From: a virus
Taxonomy: Duplodnaviria > Caudoviricetes
Virus record (IMG/VR): IMGVR_UViG_3300043776_000546
Location: 1 to 58,955 of that record
Strand: one strand, 5' to 3'
Length of the DNA stretch: 58,955 bases
A program made the position numbers and the translations under genes. Positions 7,808 through 17,700 of this stretch are shown here, in pieces; positions within the stretch are counted from its first letter, which is position 1; each line of letters starts with the position of its first letter. A model generated the notes under the pieces. It did not search any database, was not told the DNA's origin, and saw nothing but the letters and a program-made list of their open reading frames with translations.

Positions 7808-10482
7808 GGCTCGCCCTCCACTGGTGCCTTGAATACCAGGTCTTGGACATAGCGTTCATGTGCATGTCCCTCGACGACACGGTGCCGGTTGGGCATTTCA
7901 CGTCGCACCTTGATCTTGGACCACAGGTGTTTTTCACCCATCTCCAGGGACTTTTGGAAGCCGTCGTAGAATTCGCCGAATCGCAGGCTTTGAGCGCCCC
8001 GCTTTACCTGGCAGTATTCGAGAACGAACTTCTGCAATGCGGTCAGGTTCATTTCTTCCGTGGCGGCCTTGCTGGGAGTGGCCACCACCGGCAGCCGTAG
8101 CCGGGTGGTAGGCGGCGGAAGCTGCATGTTCATCAGCGTGTACATGAAGTGCGGGCCTTCCTCCTTCAACTTGATTTTCATAAGCGGCTTGGGGACTTCG
8201 GTGTCCGGTATCAGGTCGCTGACTTCAATCACCGTGATGCGCGTGTCGCCGGGAATCACGGGGCACGCCCCTTGCTTGTTGGAGGTCTGAATCCAGTGCG
8301 TGGTGTTGGGCACGCTGTAGACATCCCGCCGCATCTGGCGGATGGACAACGTGGTGGCGGTGACAAACTCCTTGATCCGGGCATGTGCGCCGGGCGTGAG
8401 GGAGACATCCTTCTCTTCCACGGCGCAGATGATGGCCCCCACCAACTCCGCGTTGAATTCGTTGTTGCTGGTGAGGGACTTGTCTGCCTTGACCACGCCC
8501 TTGGTCACGAGAAGTTCCAGGGCTTCATGGAGGATGCTTTTCCCGGACAACTCGTTGCCCCACAGGAAGAGATAGGGAAGCGGCTCGAAGGGCTCGCGGA
8601 AGGCACAGGCCACCCACGCCCTCAAGTAGTCGCCCCCGGTCTTGATGTTGGCCTTTTGTGCCCAGGGAAGCTGCCGCAGGGCGGGCGTCAGTTCGACGCC
8701 GATGTGGTCGAAGATCATGTCCCAGTGCGGATGCACCGGCGTCTGATCGGGCTCCAAGGCGGCCGGCGGATAGAGGAATTGTGCGGCATCCAGGTTCCAT
8801 TGACGGCCGCCCGGGTACTCTTCGCGGAAGGGCAGGCTCACCAACCGCCAGCCCTTGCTAACGGCACCGCCCATGATGCACTCCGCGGCGTCCTTGGCGT
8901 TGCCGAGGTTTTGCAACACCATCTTGATGTTGGCCGCCGGCTGTCCGACCCATTCGCCGTCCTTGTGGATAACCCAGCCGACGAATTGCTTGGCTGAGGT
9001 CTCGATGGCACGAAGGAGGTTGTCGTACTCGGTCAGGCCGAGGTCATCGTTCTCCTTCTTGTCGTTGATGGTGGTCTCGAAGATGCGGACCCATTTGGTC
9101 TTCTTGGCGAGCCATCCGTCCGGTTCAGCTAGTTCCGCGTCCCCTTTCTTTCGGTCGATCTCCATGACCAGGCGGCCGTCCTTGTGTGCCTTGAGTTGCG
9201 TCCTGCGGCCCTCGAAAATAGGGGCGATTGTGATGTCGTCCTGGCCCAAGACCTTGGCGACCTGAACCGCCTCGTCGGGCGTCTTGAACGTGAAGCCAAC
9301 CTTGTCCGGGTCTTCCATGCCGCCGTGGGCCTTGGCAACGGTCGCCAGGTCCGGCAGCCGGTTGAAGTAACACGTCGTCCAACCCTGGCCGTCCTGGCTC
9401 CAGGTGTCGGCCTCGGCCACGCCGGGCGAGAAGCGGAAGACCCGCCAGCCGCCATTACTCAGGGGGAAGAGGAAGCAGTTGGGGTTGCCGGGGTTGCGGC
9501 CGGCGGAGTTGGTCTCGAAGAGACCGATCAGCCCCAATTCCTTGCCTTCACCCTCCATCAACTCTTCCAGGGCCTTTGTGTGTGTCTGCAACAGGTGGTG
9601 GTCGTCGATCCAGAGGGTCGTGTAGCCGGAGCGTTGCAGGGCCTCGATCTGCTTCTTGTGGCTGTCGTCCAGGGGGATGATTTTCCGGCTGGATGCCAGG
9701 GCCTCAAAGGGTTTCATGTCCTCGTCGGCGATCTCGTTGATGCGGACCTTGGAACGCTTGCGATTGACGACTTCAATGTTGTCCCGCCAGTTGGCCGGCA
9801 GGTCGGCTTCGCTGAGCAGCTTGGTGGCCGGCTTAATCAGCGTGAGGCCCTGGTTCTCGGGCGACATCTTGCGATGCCATATCCACATCACACCGCCGCA
9901 GCAGTCGATCTGTGAGGCGAAATCGAAGTTGCAGTCGCGGGACATCATGCCCAGGACGCACCGGGCCAGCGCGGCGTGGACTGTATGGTTCTCACATGGG
10001 ATGCCGGCATCGTCGCACCGTACATATAGATGTATGCCGCCGCCGCCCGTGCTCTTGCGCACCTCAACGTAGGGAAGCTGCATTGCCGCCTGCTTGACGT
10101 TTTCCAAGTCAGCAGCCGTAAGGCCCACGCCTACGGCGTGGTTGGTCAAGGCGTCGAAGTCAAAGCCGAACCAGCAGGAGCGCAGCGCCTGCCAGTCCCA
10201 GCCCGTGCAGCCGATCCCCTCGGCGTGCTCGGCGATCGAGAAAGAGAGGTTGTAGTCCCGCCATGACGGCTCCGAGTTGGCGTCCTTGGGGATACGGATG
10301 GAATGCCAAGAGTCGATGCCGTTGGAGTAGGTGGACCGTTTCCCGGCCATCGGCTCCCCGTCGTCGGCCGCCACATTGACCTGCGTTTCTTTCGCAACGG
10401 ACCACTGCGCGATCAGGTCGGCATTAGCCGGCGTCTTACGGGCTTGCAGGAAGGCTCCAATGGCTTCGCTGACTCGGACCAT
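7801..10482 (-). CDS. Primase-helicase (AEP-like primase plus C-terminal SF3/D5-like NTPase)
   Basis: FDFD and STGGGGIHLY primase motifs; GNELSGKS Walker A, AVEE Walker B, TSN and DTRI motifs. Confidence 0.8.
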   Translation of the reverse strand: MVRVSEAIGAFLQARKTPANADLIAQWSVAKETQVNVAADDGEPMAGKRSTYSNGIDSWHSIRIPKDANSEPSWRDYNLSFSIAEHAEGIGCTGWDWQALRSCWFGFDFDALTNHAVGVGLTAADLENVKQAAMQLPYVEVRKSTGGGGIHLYVRCDDAGIPCENHTVHAALARCVLGMMSRDCNFDFASQIDCCGGVMWIWHRKMSPENQGLTLIKPATKLLSEADLPANWRDNIEVVNRKRSKVRINEIADEDMKPFEALASSRKIIPLDDSHKKQIEALQRSGYTTLWIDDHHLLQTHTKALEELMEGEGKELGLIGLFETNSAGRNPGNPNCFLFPLSNGGWRVFRFSPGVAEADTWSQDGQGWTTCYFNRLPDLATVAKAHGGMEDPDKVGFTFKTPDEAVQVAKVLGQDDITIAPIFEGRRTQLKAHKDGRLVMEIDRKKGDAELAEPDGWLAKKTKWVRIFETTINDKKENDDLGLTEYDNLLRAIETSAKQFVGWVIHKDGEWVGQPAANIKMVLQNLGNAKDAAECIMGGAVSKGWRLVSLPFREEYPGGRQWNLDAAQFLYPPAALEPDQTPVHPHWDMIFDHIGVELTPALRQLPWAQKANIKTGGDYLRAWVACAFREPFEPLPYLFLWGNELSGKSILHEALELLVTKGVVKADKSLTSNNEFNAELVGAIICAVEEKDVSLTPGAHARIKEFVTATTLSIRQMRRDVYSVPNTTHWIQTSNKQGACPVIPGDTRITVIEVSDLIPDTEVPKPLMKIKLKEEGPHFMYTLMNMQLPPPTTRLRLPVVATPSKAATEEMNLTALQKFVLEYCQVKRGAQSLRFGEFYDGFQKSLEMGEKHLWSKIKVRREMPNRHRVVEGHAHERYVQDLVFKAPVEGEPC

Positions 10483-10542
10483 GAATCGCTCCGTTTGATG
10501 CGTTTACACGCAGTTCGGCCGTGCAGTGCAACTGTCTCCGAT

Positions 10543-10621
10543 ACCTTTACCAGAGGGCAGAAATCGGAGACTTTCCACGTTCTTTGTGGAAATAGGATCG
10601 TTTCTGCCCTCTGGTAAGGGT
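10543..10621. repeat. Nested inverted repeat between divergent primase and parB-like genes
   Basis: ACCTTTACCAGAGGGCAGAAA / TTTCTGCCCTCTGGTAAGGGT (20 of 21) enclosing TTTCCAC/GTGGAAA. Confidence 0.8.
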
Positions 10622-11512
10622 GTGAACGATGAACTCCGGTGGATAGCGACAGATCAGCTTGTTGACCCGCCCGTGGTTCTCCGCTTGGTGAATCGCGGGT
10701 CGCTCGCCTACGTGGAACTGCGGGACTCGATTGCCGACCGTGGCATCCTGAACCCGATCCTGGTTCGGCCGTCCGCCCGCTTTCCCGGGAAGTACGACGT
10801 GGCGGATGGCCTTTACCGCGTCACGGGCTCCCGTGAAGTCGGCCTGCCGACGATGCCGTGCCTGGTGAAGGACTTGACGGACGACGACCTGCTGGCGATC
10901 CAGATTCAGGCGAACGCCCTGCGGCCAGAAACGACGCCGATCGAGTATGCCCGTCAGATCAAGCGGATCATGGAGGCCCGTCCCGAGGCCACCTTGGCGG
11001 AGATCAGCACCCGCATCCTCCACAAGAGCCCCGGCTGGGTCAGCGAGACCTTGGGGCTGCTGGCCTTGAGGAAGGAGTATCAGACGGCGGTGGATCGCGG
11101 CGAGATGCCGTTGGGGTCCGCCTATGAGTTGGCACGGGTGCCCTACAAACACCAGGCGCAGTTCTTCGACCTGGCGCGGACGATGCCGGTCGGCGAGTTC
11201 CGGGCCGCCGTCCAAGCGTTCCTGAAGCAGTTCCAAGAGGCCGTGCGGCAAGGAAAGCTGGACGCCTTCTTCACGGAAGACTTCACACCACAGCCCTACA
11301 TGCGGCCCCTGAAGGAGATCCAACCGGAGCATGAGCGGCCAACCGTCTCGGCCCTCGTCATGGCCGCCGAGAACTGCAAGACACTGCTGGACGCCTGGCG
11401 GGCGGCGCTGGCCTGGGTGATGCACCTGGATCGCGCGAGCGTTGAGAACCAACGCCAGGTTGTGATGAACCGCAACCGCAAGCGAAAGGAGCCTTCCGAC
11501 AAGCAAATCTGA
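10622..11512 (+). CDS. ParB/Srx-like N-terminal domain protein with HTH
   Basis: ELRDSIADRGILNPILVRP, DGLYR, IQANALR, then an HTH-like segment. GTG start is inferred. Confidence 0.8.
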   Translation: MNDELRWIATDQLVDPPVVLRLVNRGSLAYVELRDSIADRGILNPILVRPSARFPGKYDVADGLYRVTGSREVGLPTMPCLVKDLTDDDLLAIQIQANALRPETTPIEYARQIKRIMEARPEATLAEISTRILHKSPGWVSETLGLLALRKEYQTAVDRGEMPLGSAYELARVPYKHQAQFFDLARTMPVGEFRAAVQAFLKQFQEAVRQGKLDAFFTEDFTPQPYMRPLKEIQPEHERPTVSALVMAAENCKTLLDAWRAALAWVMHLDRASVENQRQVVMNRNRKRKEPSDKQI

Positions 11513-11566
11513 TCCCCTGACTGTCTTGTTTCTCTGTTGCTATTCACCTGTTTCGAGGCCACATCA

Positions 11567-12325
11567 ATGTCAGCACATGAGCACACGAACACGGACACCT
11601 CTCTGGTCCCCGTGAACCTGGACCAACTCCCTTCCACGCAGATTGGCAGCGACGATCAGTTCGCCGATCTCGCCAAGAGCGCCGACTACATCGGCCGCCT
11701 GCAACTGTTCACCAAGGGCAAGGCGGTCAACCGGAACCTCGTGCGGCCGGGCAACTACGGCATTCCCGAGTCCGACGAGGAAGTGATCGACATGGGCGAC
11801 TGTATCGACATCATCCCGCTGGCCCGCCGGCCGAAGGCCATCGACATGACCGACAGCGAGGCGATCATCGTCAACTACGCCCCGGATTCGGCGGAGTTCA
11901 AGCGGATCGCCGAGCAGTCGTTGGAGAAGGAAAGCCACTGCATGTACGGCCCGTCGTTCCTCGTCTTCGAGAAGGGCACCTGCCGCTTCCTGGAGTTCTT
12001 CTGCGGCAACAAGTCGAGCCGCAGCGAGGCCAAGAAGCTCTACCCCTACCTGCCCCTGTCGCAGGCCGACATCGACGCCAAGGCGGCGAAAGGCGACGAC
12101 GTGGGCGACCTGACGCCACACGGTCCGCTGCCGCTCACGCTCAAGAGCCGGCTGGTGGAGAAGGGCACGTACTCGTGGCACGTCCCGGTCGTCGTGAAGT
12201 GCGGCACGGTGTTCCCGAAGCTGCCGCCGATGGACCGCATCGTGAAGGAGATCAACGCCTTCTTGACCGTGAAGGACAACGGAGTGGAACGCGCTGCCCC
12301 GGCACCGACCGGCCGCGCCCGCTAA
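11567..12325 (+). CDS. Phage replication-region protein, possibly ssDNA-binding
   Basis: Strong GC3 codon bias and position in the replication module. SSB function is a guess. Confidence 0.6.
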   Translation: MSAHEHTNTDTSLVPVNLDQLPSTQIGSDDQFADLAKSADYIGRLQLFTKGKAVNRNLVRPGNYGIPESDEEVIDMGDCIDIIPLARRPKAIDMTDSEAIIVNYAPDSAEFKRIAEQSLEKESHCMYGPSFLVFEKGTCRFLEFFCGNKSSRSEAKKLYPYLPLSQADIDAKAAKGDDVGDLTPHGPLPLTLKSRLVEKGTYSWHVPVVVKCGTVFPKLPPMDRIVKEINAFLTVKDNGVERAAPAPTGRAR

Positions 12326-12344
12326 CACACCCGCTGCACCGCTC

Positions 12345-12500
12345 CCGCAAGACGCCGGCCGACAGCGCATCGGCAACCAGCGCTCGGTGACGTGCATCAT
12401 GGGCGGGTATCTGTTCCCCGCCGGACCTGCCGCAAGGCCCCGGCGGGGTTGTTGAATCACCACCTCGTCTTGCGGTGGGAATCTCCCACCGCAAGGCGAG
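12345..12500 (+). ncRNA. Candidate structured leader with alternative pairings
   Basis: CGTCTTGCGG (12466-12475) can pair with 12345-12354 or form the 17-bp hairpin 12464-12500. Confidence 0.45.
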
Positions 12501-12519
12501 CACTTCTTGCGTGGTCGCC

Positions 12520-13044
12520 ATGAATCCTGAATGCCTCTTGATAACGATGCCCGCCGTGGACTTCCGCACTTTCACTGGCGTCTGCCAGCAAGTGCTGGGG
12601 TACTCGCCGCTGCGCGCAGCAGACGCCTCACCACGCGAATTGTCCGAGGCCGAGAAGTTTCTGAGTTGCCTGGCGGCATTGCGGGACAAGAAGGCTCCGG
12701 CCGGGTTCGCGGCGAATCTCTTGTCACACGCAGCATTCAGCGTGTTCCTGGTCGCGGACGACCGTGATCTGCTCGACATCCTGGAACGCTGTTCCGGGAT
12801 GTCGTTTGTTACGGCGGACACGACGGTGCGTGGCGTGACGGCAGCGGTCGTGAGCGGCACCTTGGCTCAATGGCGTGATGCCGTGGCCGCGGGGTCTACG
12901 CGCACTGTGGAGCCGGCCGTTCGTTTCGGCTTCAACAAGCTCTACGGCATCTTCTGCGGCGCGGGCCTCGACGTGTGGAGTGATTACCGCACCCGCGAGG
13001 CCCCCGACAAGACTCTTCTCTTGGAATACAAGCCACAACGATGA
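12520..13044 (+). CDS. Degenerate ThyX-like protein
   Basis: LLSHAAFSVFL and VVSGTLAQWRD echo ThyX segments; the RHRx7S signature is absent. Confidence 0.45.
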   Translation: MNPECLLITMPAVDFRTFTGVCQQVLGYSPLRAADASPRELSEAEKFLSCLAALRDKKAPAGFAANLLSHAAFSVFLVADDRDLLDILERCSGMSFVTADTTVRGVTAAVVSGTLAQWRDAVAAGSTRTVEPAVRFGFNKLYGIFCGAGLDVWSDYRTREAPDKTLLLEYKPQR

Positions 13045-14234
13045 ATCCCTACTACCAGCGTGACAACATCACTCTCTACTGCGGCGACAACCGCGAGATC
13101 GTGCCGACGTTGCCCGAGGCGTCGATGGACTTCATTTGCACCGATCCGCCCTACGGGCTGGGCTTCATGGGCCATGAATGGGACCACGGTGTCCCTGGCC
13201 CACTGTTCTGGGAGAACTTCCTTCGGGTGTGCAAGCCGGGCGCGATGATGTTGGCTTTCGGCGGCACCCGCACGTATCACCGGCTCGTCTGCGCGATCGA
13301 AGACGCGGGGTGGGAGGTTCGTGACTGTCTCATGTGGCTCCAAGGCCAGGGCTTTCCCAAGGCCCCGGACGTGGGCCTGATGATCGACAAGGCGAAGGGA
13401 GCCAAGCGGGAGGTGGTCGGTACGAAGGTCGGCCAGCCTGGCTATTCGTTGGCCGATAACGGCCGCACGAACGAGGTCTACGGCGATCTCCATAACCCGG
13501 CGGCCGAGTGTGCGATCACGGCCCCGGCCACCGATCTGGCGAAGTTGTGGACCGGTTGGGCCAATTCGCTGAAGCCCGCCTGGGAGCCTATCACGCTGGC
13601 GATGAAGTGCCTGGACGGCACGCTGGCCCACAACGCCGAGCAGTGGGGCGTGGCCGGGCTGAACATCAATGCCAGCCGGATCGGGACGGACAGCACGATC
13701 CGCACCCATAGTCCGGCGTCCAATTCGGACGGCGGCTGGGTCAGTGTCAACCGGCCTCCTGTGGGCGGCTCCGAATGCGGGCGCTGGCCGGCAAACCTGC
13801 TCCTGGACGAAGGGGCGGCGGCCCTGCTGGACCGACAAACCGGCACGCTCAAGAGCGGCATGATGAAGGCCGGGCAGCAGCGCTCGGATGGCAAGGACGG
13901 CGGCTATCACCGCGGCTTTCCGCCTACGGCCACGGCTGCGGGCACCTACGGAGACTCGGGCGGGGCCAGCCGGTTCTTCTACACGGCGAAGGCCAACAAG
14001 AAGGAGCGCAACCCGCCGGGGATGAAGAATGACCACCCCACGGTCAAGCCCCTCGCGCTGATGGAATATCTCCTGACGCTGCTGTCTACGCCTACGGGCG
14101 GGATGGTGCTGGACCCGTTTGCCGGCAGCGGCTCGACGCTGCTCGCCGCCAAACGGCTCGGACGGCCCTGCATTGGCATCGAGCTAAGCGGGCACAACTG
14201 CGAAATCGCTGCTGCCCGGTTGGAAGCACTCTAA
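13041..14234 (+). CDS. DNA methyltransferase, N6/N4 beta class
   Basis: DPPY, HPTVKP and DPFAGSGST motifs. Confidence 0.92.
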   Translation: MNPYYQRDNITLYCGDNREIVPTLPEASMDFICTDPPYGLGFMGHEWDHGVPGPLFWENFLRVCKPGAMMLAFGGTRTYHRLVCAIEDAGWEVRDCLMWLQGQGFPKAPDVGLMIDKAKGAKREVVGTKVGQPGYSLADNGRTNEVYGDLHNPAAECAITAPATDLAKLWTGWANSLKPAWEPITLAMKCLDGTLAHNAEQWGVAGLNINASRIGTDSTIRTHSPASNSDGGWVSVNRPPVGGSECGRWPANLLLDEGAAALLDRQTGTLKSGMMKAGQQRSDGKDGGYHRGFPPTATAAGTYGDSGGASRFFYTAKANKKERNPPGMKNDHPTVKPLALMEYLLTLLSTPTGGMVLDPFAGSGSTLLAAKRLGRPCIGIELSGHNCEIAAARLEAL

Positions 14235-14266
14235 TTCCCAGCCGGAACGTTGATTTAACTAATAGG
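14228..14266 (+). promoter_or_regulatory. Bipartite motif, copy 1 of 5
   Basis: ACTCTAA-N14-GTTGATTTAACTAATAGG. Confidence 0.75.
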
Positions 14267-14301
14267 CAGCGATTTTGTCCAAGTGACCAATAAGCCATGA
14301 A

Positions 14302-16269
14302 GTGCGTGTAAACGTGACAACAGGACTTGTCCAAACCAAACTGCGAACCACAACCTCCTCCGGGACGGCGATCCTGGTGTCGGCCACCTTGGAGTACAAG
14401 GACGGTCGGATCTTCTTCGTCAAGTCGCCCTACAGCCTGAAGGACGAGATCAAGGCCATGCGCGGCTCGCGCTGGCACGGCTACGAGGAGGAGAACCCCC
14501 GCAAGATTTGGTCCGTGGAAGACTGCCAGCGTAACCGCTTCCAGCTTTCCTTCCTCGTGGGCGAGGACGCCTACGCCTGGTTCGACCGGCCGCTCGTGCG
14601 GCACGAGTACACGCGGCCGTTGAAGGACCATCAGAAGGACTTGACCGACAACGGGCTGACGTACCACTACCACATCTTCGCAGCCGAAATGGGCACGGGC
14701 AAAACCCTGTCGGCCCAGGAAGTCATCGAGCGCTCCGGCGTCGATTGGTGGTTTTGGGTCGGTCCGAAGACCAGCCTGCCGAACATCAAGCGGGAGTTCC
14801 GCATCTGGAACTTCCCTTCCGACCGGTTCAACGTCGAGTTCTTCACCTACGAGGGTCTAAAGACTTGGGTTGACCTGTGGAAGCCGGGTCAGCCAATCCC
14901 GGCGGGGATGATTTGCGACGAATCGAGCCGCTGCAAGAACTCTGGCTCACAGCGCTCCGAAGCCTGCCAACGCCTTGCGGACATGATCCGCGAGCACTTC
15001 GGGTTGGAACACGGCTACGTGATCGAAATGAGCGGTACGCCGTCGCCGAAGTCGCCCGTCGATTGGTGGAGCCAGTGCGAGATTGCCTGGCCCGGCTTCC
15101 TCCGCGAAGGCAGTGCGAAGGCAATGGAAGAGCGGCTAGCTTTCATGGTCCAGCAGTCGCTTGAAGACAGGACGACGTTCAAGAAGCGCATCGGCTGGAA
15201 GGACGACGAGACGAAGTGCGCCGAGTGCGGCGAGACCCGTGAAGCGGGGCCCCACGAGTTGGACGGCATCACGGAGCCGGACGCCTACCATCCCTTCAAG
15301 CCGAGCAAGAACGAGGTTGCCTACCTGTACGAACGGCTCAAGGGGCTGGTCACGATCAAGCACAAGAAGGACTGCCTGCAACTGCCCGACAAGCGTTACC
15401 GCAAGATCATCTGCCGGCCGACCGCGAGTACCCTGCGCGTGGCCGAGGCCATCGTGCAATCGGCCCCCAATGCCATCACCGGCATGACACTCCTGCGCGA
15501 GTTGAGCGACGGCTTCCAGTACCGCGAAGAGCAGGACGGCATGACGCGCTGCACGCATTGCACGGATGGGACCGTGAACGACTGGTACGAGCCGGACAAC
15601 CCTGACCACCGGTATTCGCAAATTGAGTTGCTGGACCCGGAGGTTGTAGCCCGGCTCGTTCAGGAGACGGTGCCTTGCCCGGTCTGCGGCGGAGCGAAGG
15701 AAGTGCCCAAACTGGTCCGCACGGCCCGCGAGGTTCCGTGCCCAAAGGACGCCGCCCTGAAGATGCTGCTGGACGAGAACGAAGAGACCGGCCGTATTGT
15801 GGTCTTCGCCGGCTTTACGGGTTCGGTGGACCGGATAGCCCGGCTGTGCCACAAGGAAAAGTGGAACGTGGTCCGTTGCGACCAGGGCACGTTTCAAGTG
15901 CTCACGCACGACGGCGAGCCGGTCAGCGAAGAGCCACTGGACTACTGGGCCAACATGAATCACCCACGGGTGGCCTTTGACGCCAACCCGGAGTCCGGCG
16001 GCATGAGCCTGACGTTGGTGGAAGCACGCACTGCGGTCTACTGGTCCAACTCCTATAAACCGGAGTACCGCATCCAGAGCGAGGACCGGATTCACCGCAT
16101 CGGTATGGACCTGAACCTGGGTTGCCTGATTGTGGACCTGATCCACCTGCCCACGGATAACCGCGTGCTCGACGTGATCCGCGAGAACCGACGCCTGGAA
16201 CTGATGTCAATGGGTGAGTTGATGTCGGGCATCCAGTGGGAAACGGATGGCGCGGAAGGAACGATGTAG
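14302..16269 (+). CDS. SNF2-like SF2 helicase with CxxC insertions
   Basis: EMGTGKT, CDESS, SGTP and QSEDRIHRIG motifs. Exact start is uncertain. Confidence 0.88.
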   Translation: MRVNVTTGLVQTKLRTTTSSGTAILVSATLEYKDGRIFFVKSPYSLKDEIKAMRGSRWHGYEEENPRKIWSVEDCQRNRFQLSFLVGEDAYAWFDRPLVRHEYTRPLKDHQKDLTDNGLTYHYHIFAAEMGTGKTLSAQEVIERSGVDWWFWVGPKTSLPNIKREFRIWNFPSDRFNVEFFTYEGLKTWVDLWKPGQPIPAGMICDESSRCKNSGSQRSEACQRLADMIREHFGLEHGYVIEMSGTPSPKSPVDWWSQCEIAWPGFLREGSAKAMEERLAFMVQQSLEDRTTFKKRIGWKDDETKCAECGETREAGPHELDGITEPDAYHPFKPSKNEVAYLYERLKGLVTIKHKKDCLQLPDKRYRKIICRPTASTLRVAEAIVQSAPNAITGMTLLRELSDGFQYREEQDGMTRCTHCTDGTVNDWYEPDNPDHRYSQIELLDPEVVARLVQETVPCPVCGGAKEVPKLVRTAREVPCPKDAALKMLLDENEETGRIVVFAGFTGSVDRIARLCHKEKWNVVRCDQGTFQVLTHDGEPVSEEPLDYWANMNHPRVAFDANPESGGMSLTLVEARTAVYWSNSYKPEYRIQSEDRIHRIGMDLNLGCLIVDLIHLPTDNRVLDVIRENRRLELMSMGELMSGIQWETDGAEGTM

Positions 16270-16286
16270 ATTGTGGAGGCCGTGCC

Positions 16287-16577
16287 GTGAATCGTTTCAC
16301 CTACCACATTCACCTGTCACAGGGAACCTGGGGTCGGCCACCGACGCCAAGCCGCGTGCGAGAGAGCGTGAGTACGTGCGGGAACAATGATGGCGGTCTC
16401 TGCCACCTCACGTTCTTTGAACCTGATGACGAAGAAACGCGGCTCGAATGCCGTGCGTGCTTCGAGGCGAAATGGTCCCATTCCGAGATCATACGGGACA
16501 AGTTGATTGAAACCCTGTCACTCCGGTTCCAGCCGGAATATGACAGCATGGTCGAGGTGGAGGTCATAGACGACTAG
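16287..16577 (+). CDS. Hypothetical protein
   Basis: GGAGG RBS with GTG start. Confidence 0.55.
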   Translation: MNRFTYHIHLSQGTWGRPPTPSRVRESVSTCGNNDGGLCHLTFFEPDDEETRLECRACFEAKWSHSEIIRDKLIETLSLRFQPEYDSMVEVEVIDD

Positions 16578-16680
16578 CGGCTCGTCCCCGTGGGGGTTGT
16601 CCCGTGTGGCAAGACCCTGTGCCCATGTGGTATCAGTGCCGAGAACATTTCTTACCTTTTCACCTTTTGGAGTTGCACCG

Positions 16681-17610
16681 ATGAAGAGCAGCCTGTTTCT
16701 GGTTTTCGCCCTCTTCCTGTTGGGCGGCACGGCCCTGGCGGGCGTGCCCGATGACTTGCAGCAGATCAGCGTGACCATCAAGTCCGGGGAGGCCCAGGGT
16801 TCCGGCAACCTCGTCACCCGAAGGATCGGCGACGATACCGTGAGCTTCGTCTGGACGGCGGCCCACGTCGTTGACAATCTGCGCACGTCGCGCACGGTCG
16901 TCACCGCCAACGGCACCACGCGGACCCTGATCGAATACAAGGACGCCGAGATCGTCCAGGAGCGGCAGGAAAGCGGCCGGCGGGTCGGCGAAGTGAAGTT
17001 CGACGCCAAGGTCATCAAGGTGTCGGACGCCGATTACGGCGAAGACCTGGCCCTGCTCATGGTCCGCTGCAAGAATGCCTACCCCATCACGCTGAATACG
17101 AAGTTCCACCTGGAGAAGGACTACATCCCGGCCATCGGCGTCGAACTTGCCCACTGTGGCAGTCTCCTCGGCCAATTCGGGGCCAACAGCTACACAACTG
17201 GCGTGCTCAGCCAGGTGGGGCGGACGTTGCCGATGAAAGGCGCGAACGTCAAGGTCTTCGACCAGGTGACGGCCGTGGCTTTCCCCGGTAGCTCGGGCGG
17301 CGGCGTGTACATCAAGGCGGATGGCGTCTACGTCGGGATGCTGACCCAGGGCGTGCAGCGGCTCCAGGGCTTCAACTTCATCGTTCCCGTGCGGCGCATC
17401 CATGCCTTCGCCAAGGAAGCCAAGATCGAATGGGCCATCGACCCGACCGCCAGGATGCCCAGCCTGAAAGAGATCGAGGCCATTCCGGTGGAAGACGCCG
17501 CGGTTGTCGGCTCCGGGCGCGGCGGCCCCGACTTGTCCGAACCCTGTCTGGGCGGCTTCAACTTCGCGGCCGTGCGTAGCTGGATCGAGCAGTTCGTTCG
17601 CACACAGTAA
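16681..17610 (+). CDS. Secreted trypsin-like serine protease
   Basis: Signal peptide ending ALA; TAAHVV, DLALL and GSSGGG triad motifs. Confidence 0.88.
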   Translation: MKSSLFLVFALFLLGGTALAGVPDDLQQISVTIKSGEAQGSGNLVTRRIGDDTVSFVWTAAHVVDNLRTSRTVVTANGTTRTLIEYKDAEIVQERQESGRRVGEVKFDAKVIKVSDADYGEDLALLMVRCKNAYPITLNTKFHLEKDYIPAIGVELAHCGSLLGQFGANSYTTGVLSQVGRTLPMKGANVKVFDQVTAVAFPGSSGGGVYIKADGVYVGMLTQGVQRLQGFNFIVPVRRIHAFAKEAKIEWAIDPTARMPSLKEIEAIPVEDAAVVGSGRGGPDLSEPCLGGFNFAAVRSWIEQFVRTQ

Positions 17611-17700
17611 GTCCAGCCCTCCCATGCCGGACGGTCCCGTCCCAGGGGCCGTCCGGCGTTCTCCATTTCCTGTCACCGGCGAGGCGAGAGCGGAGTCACC

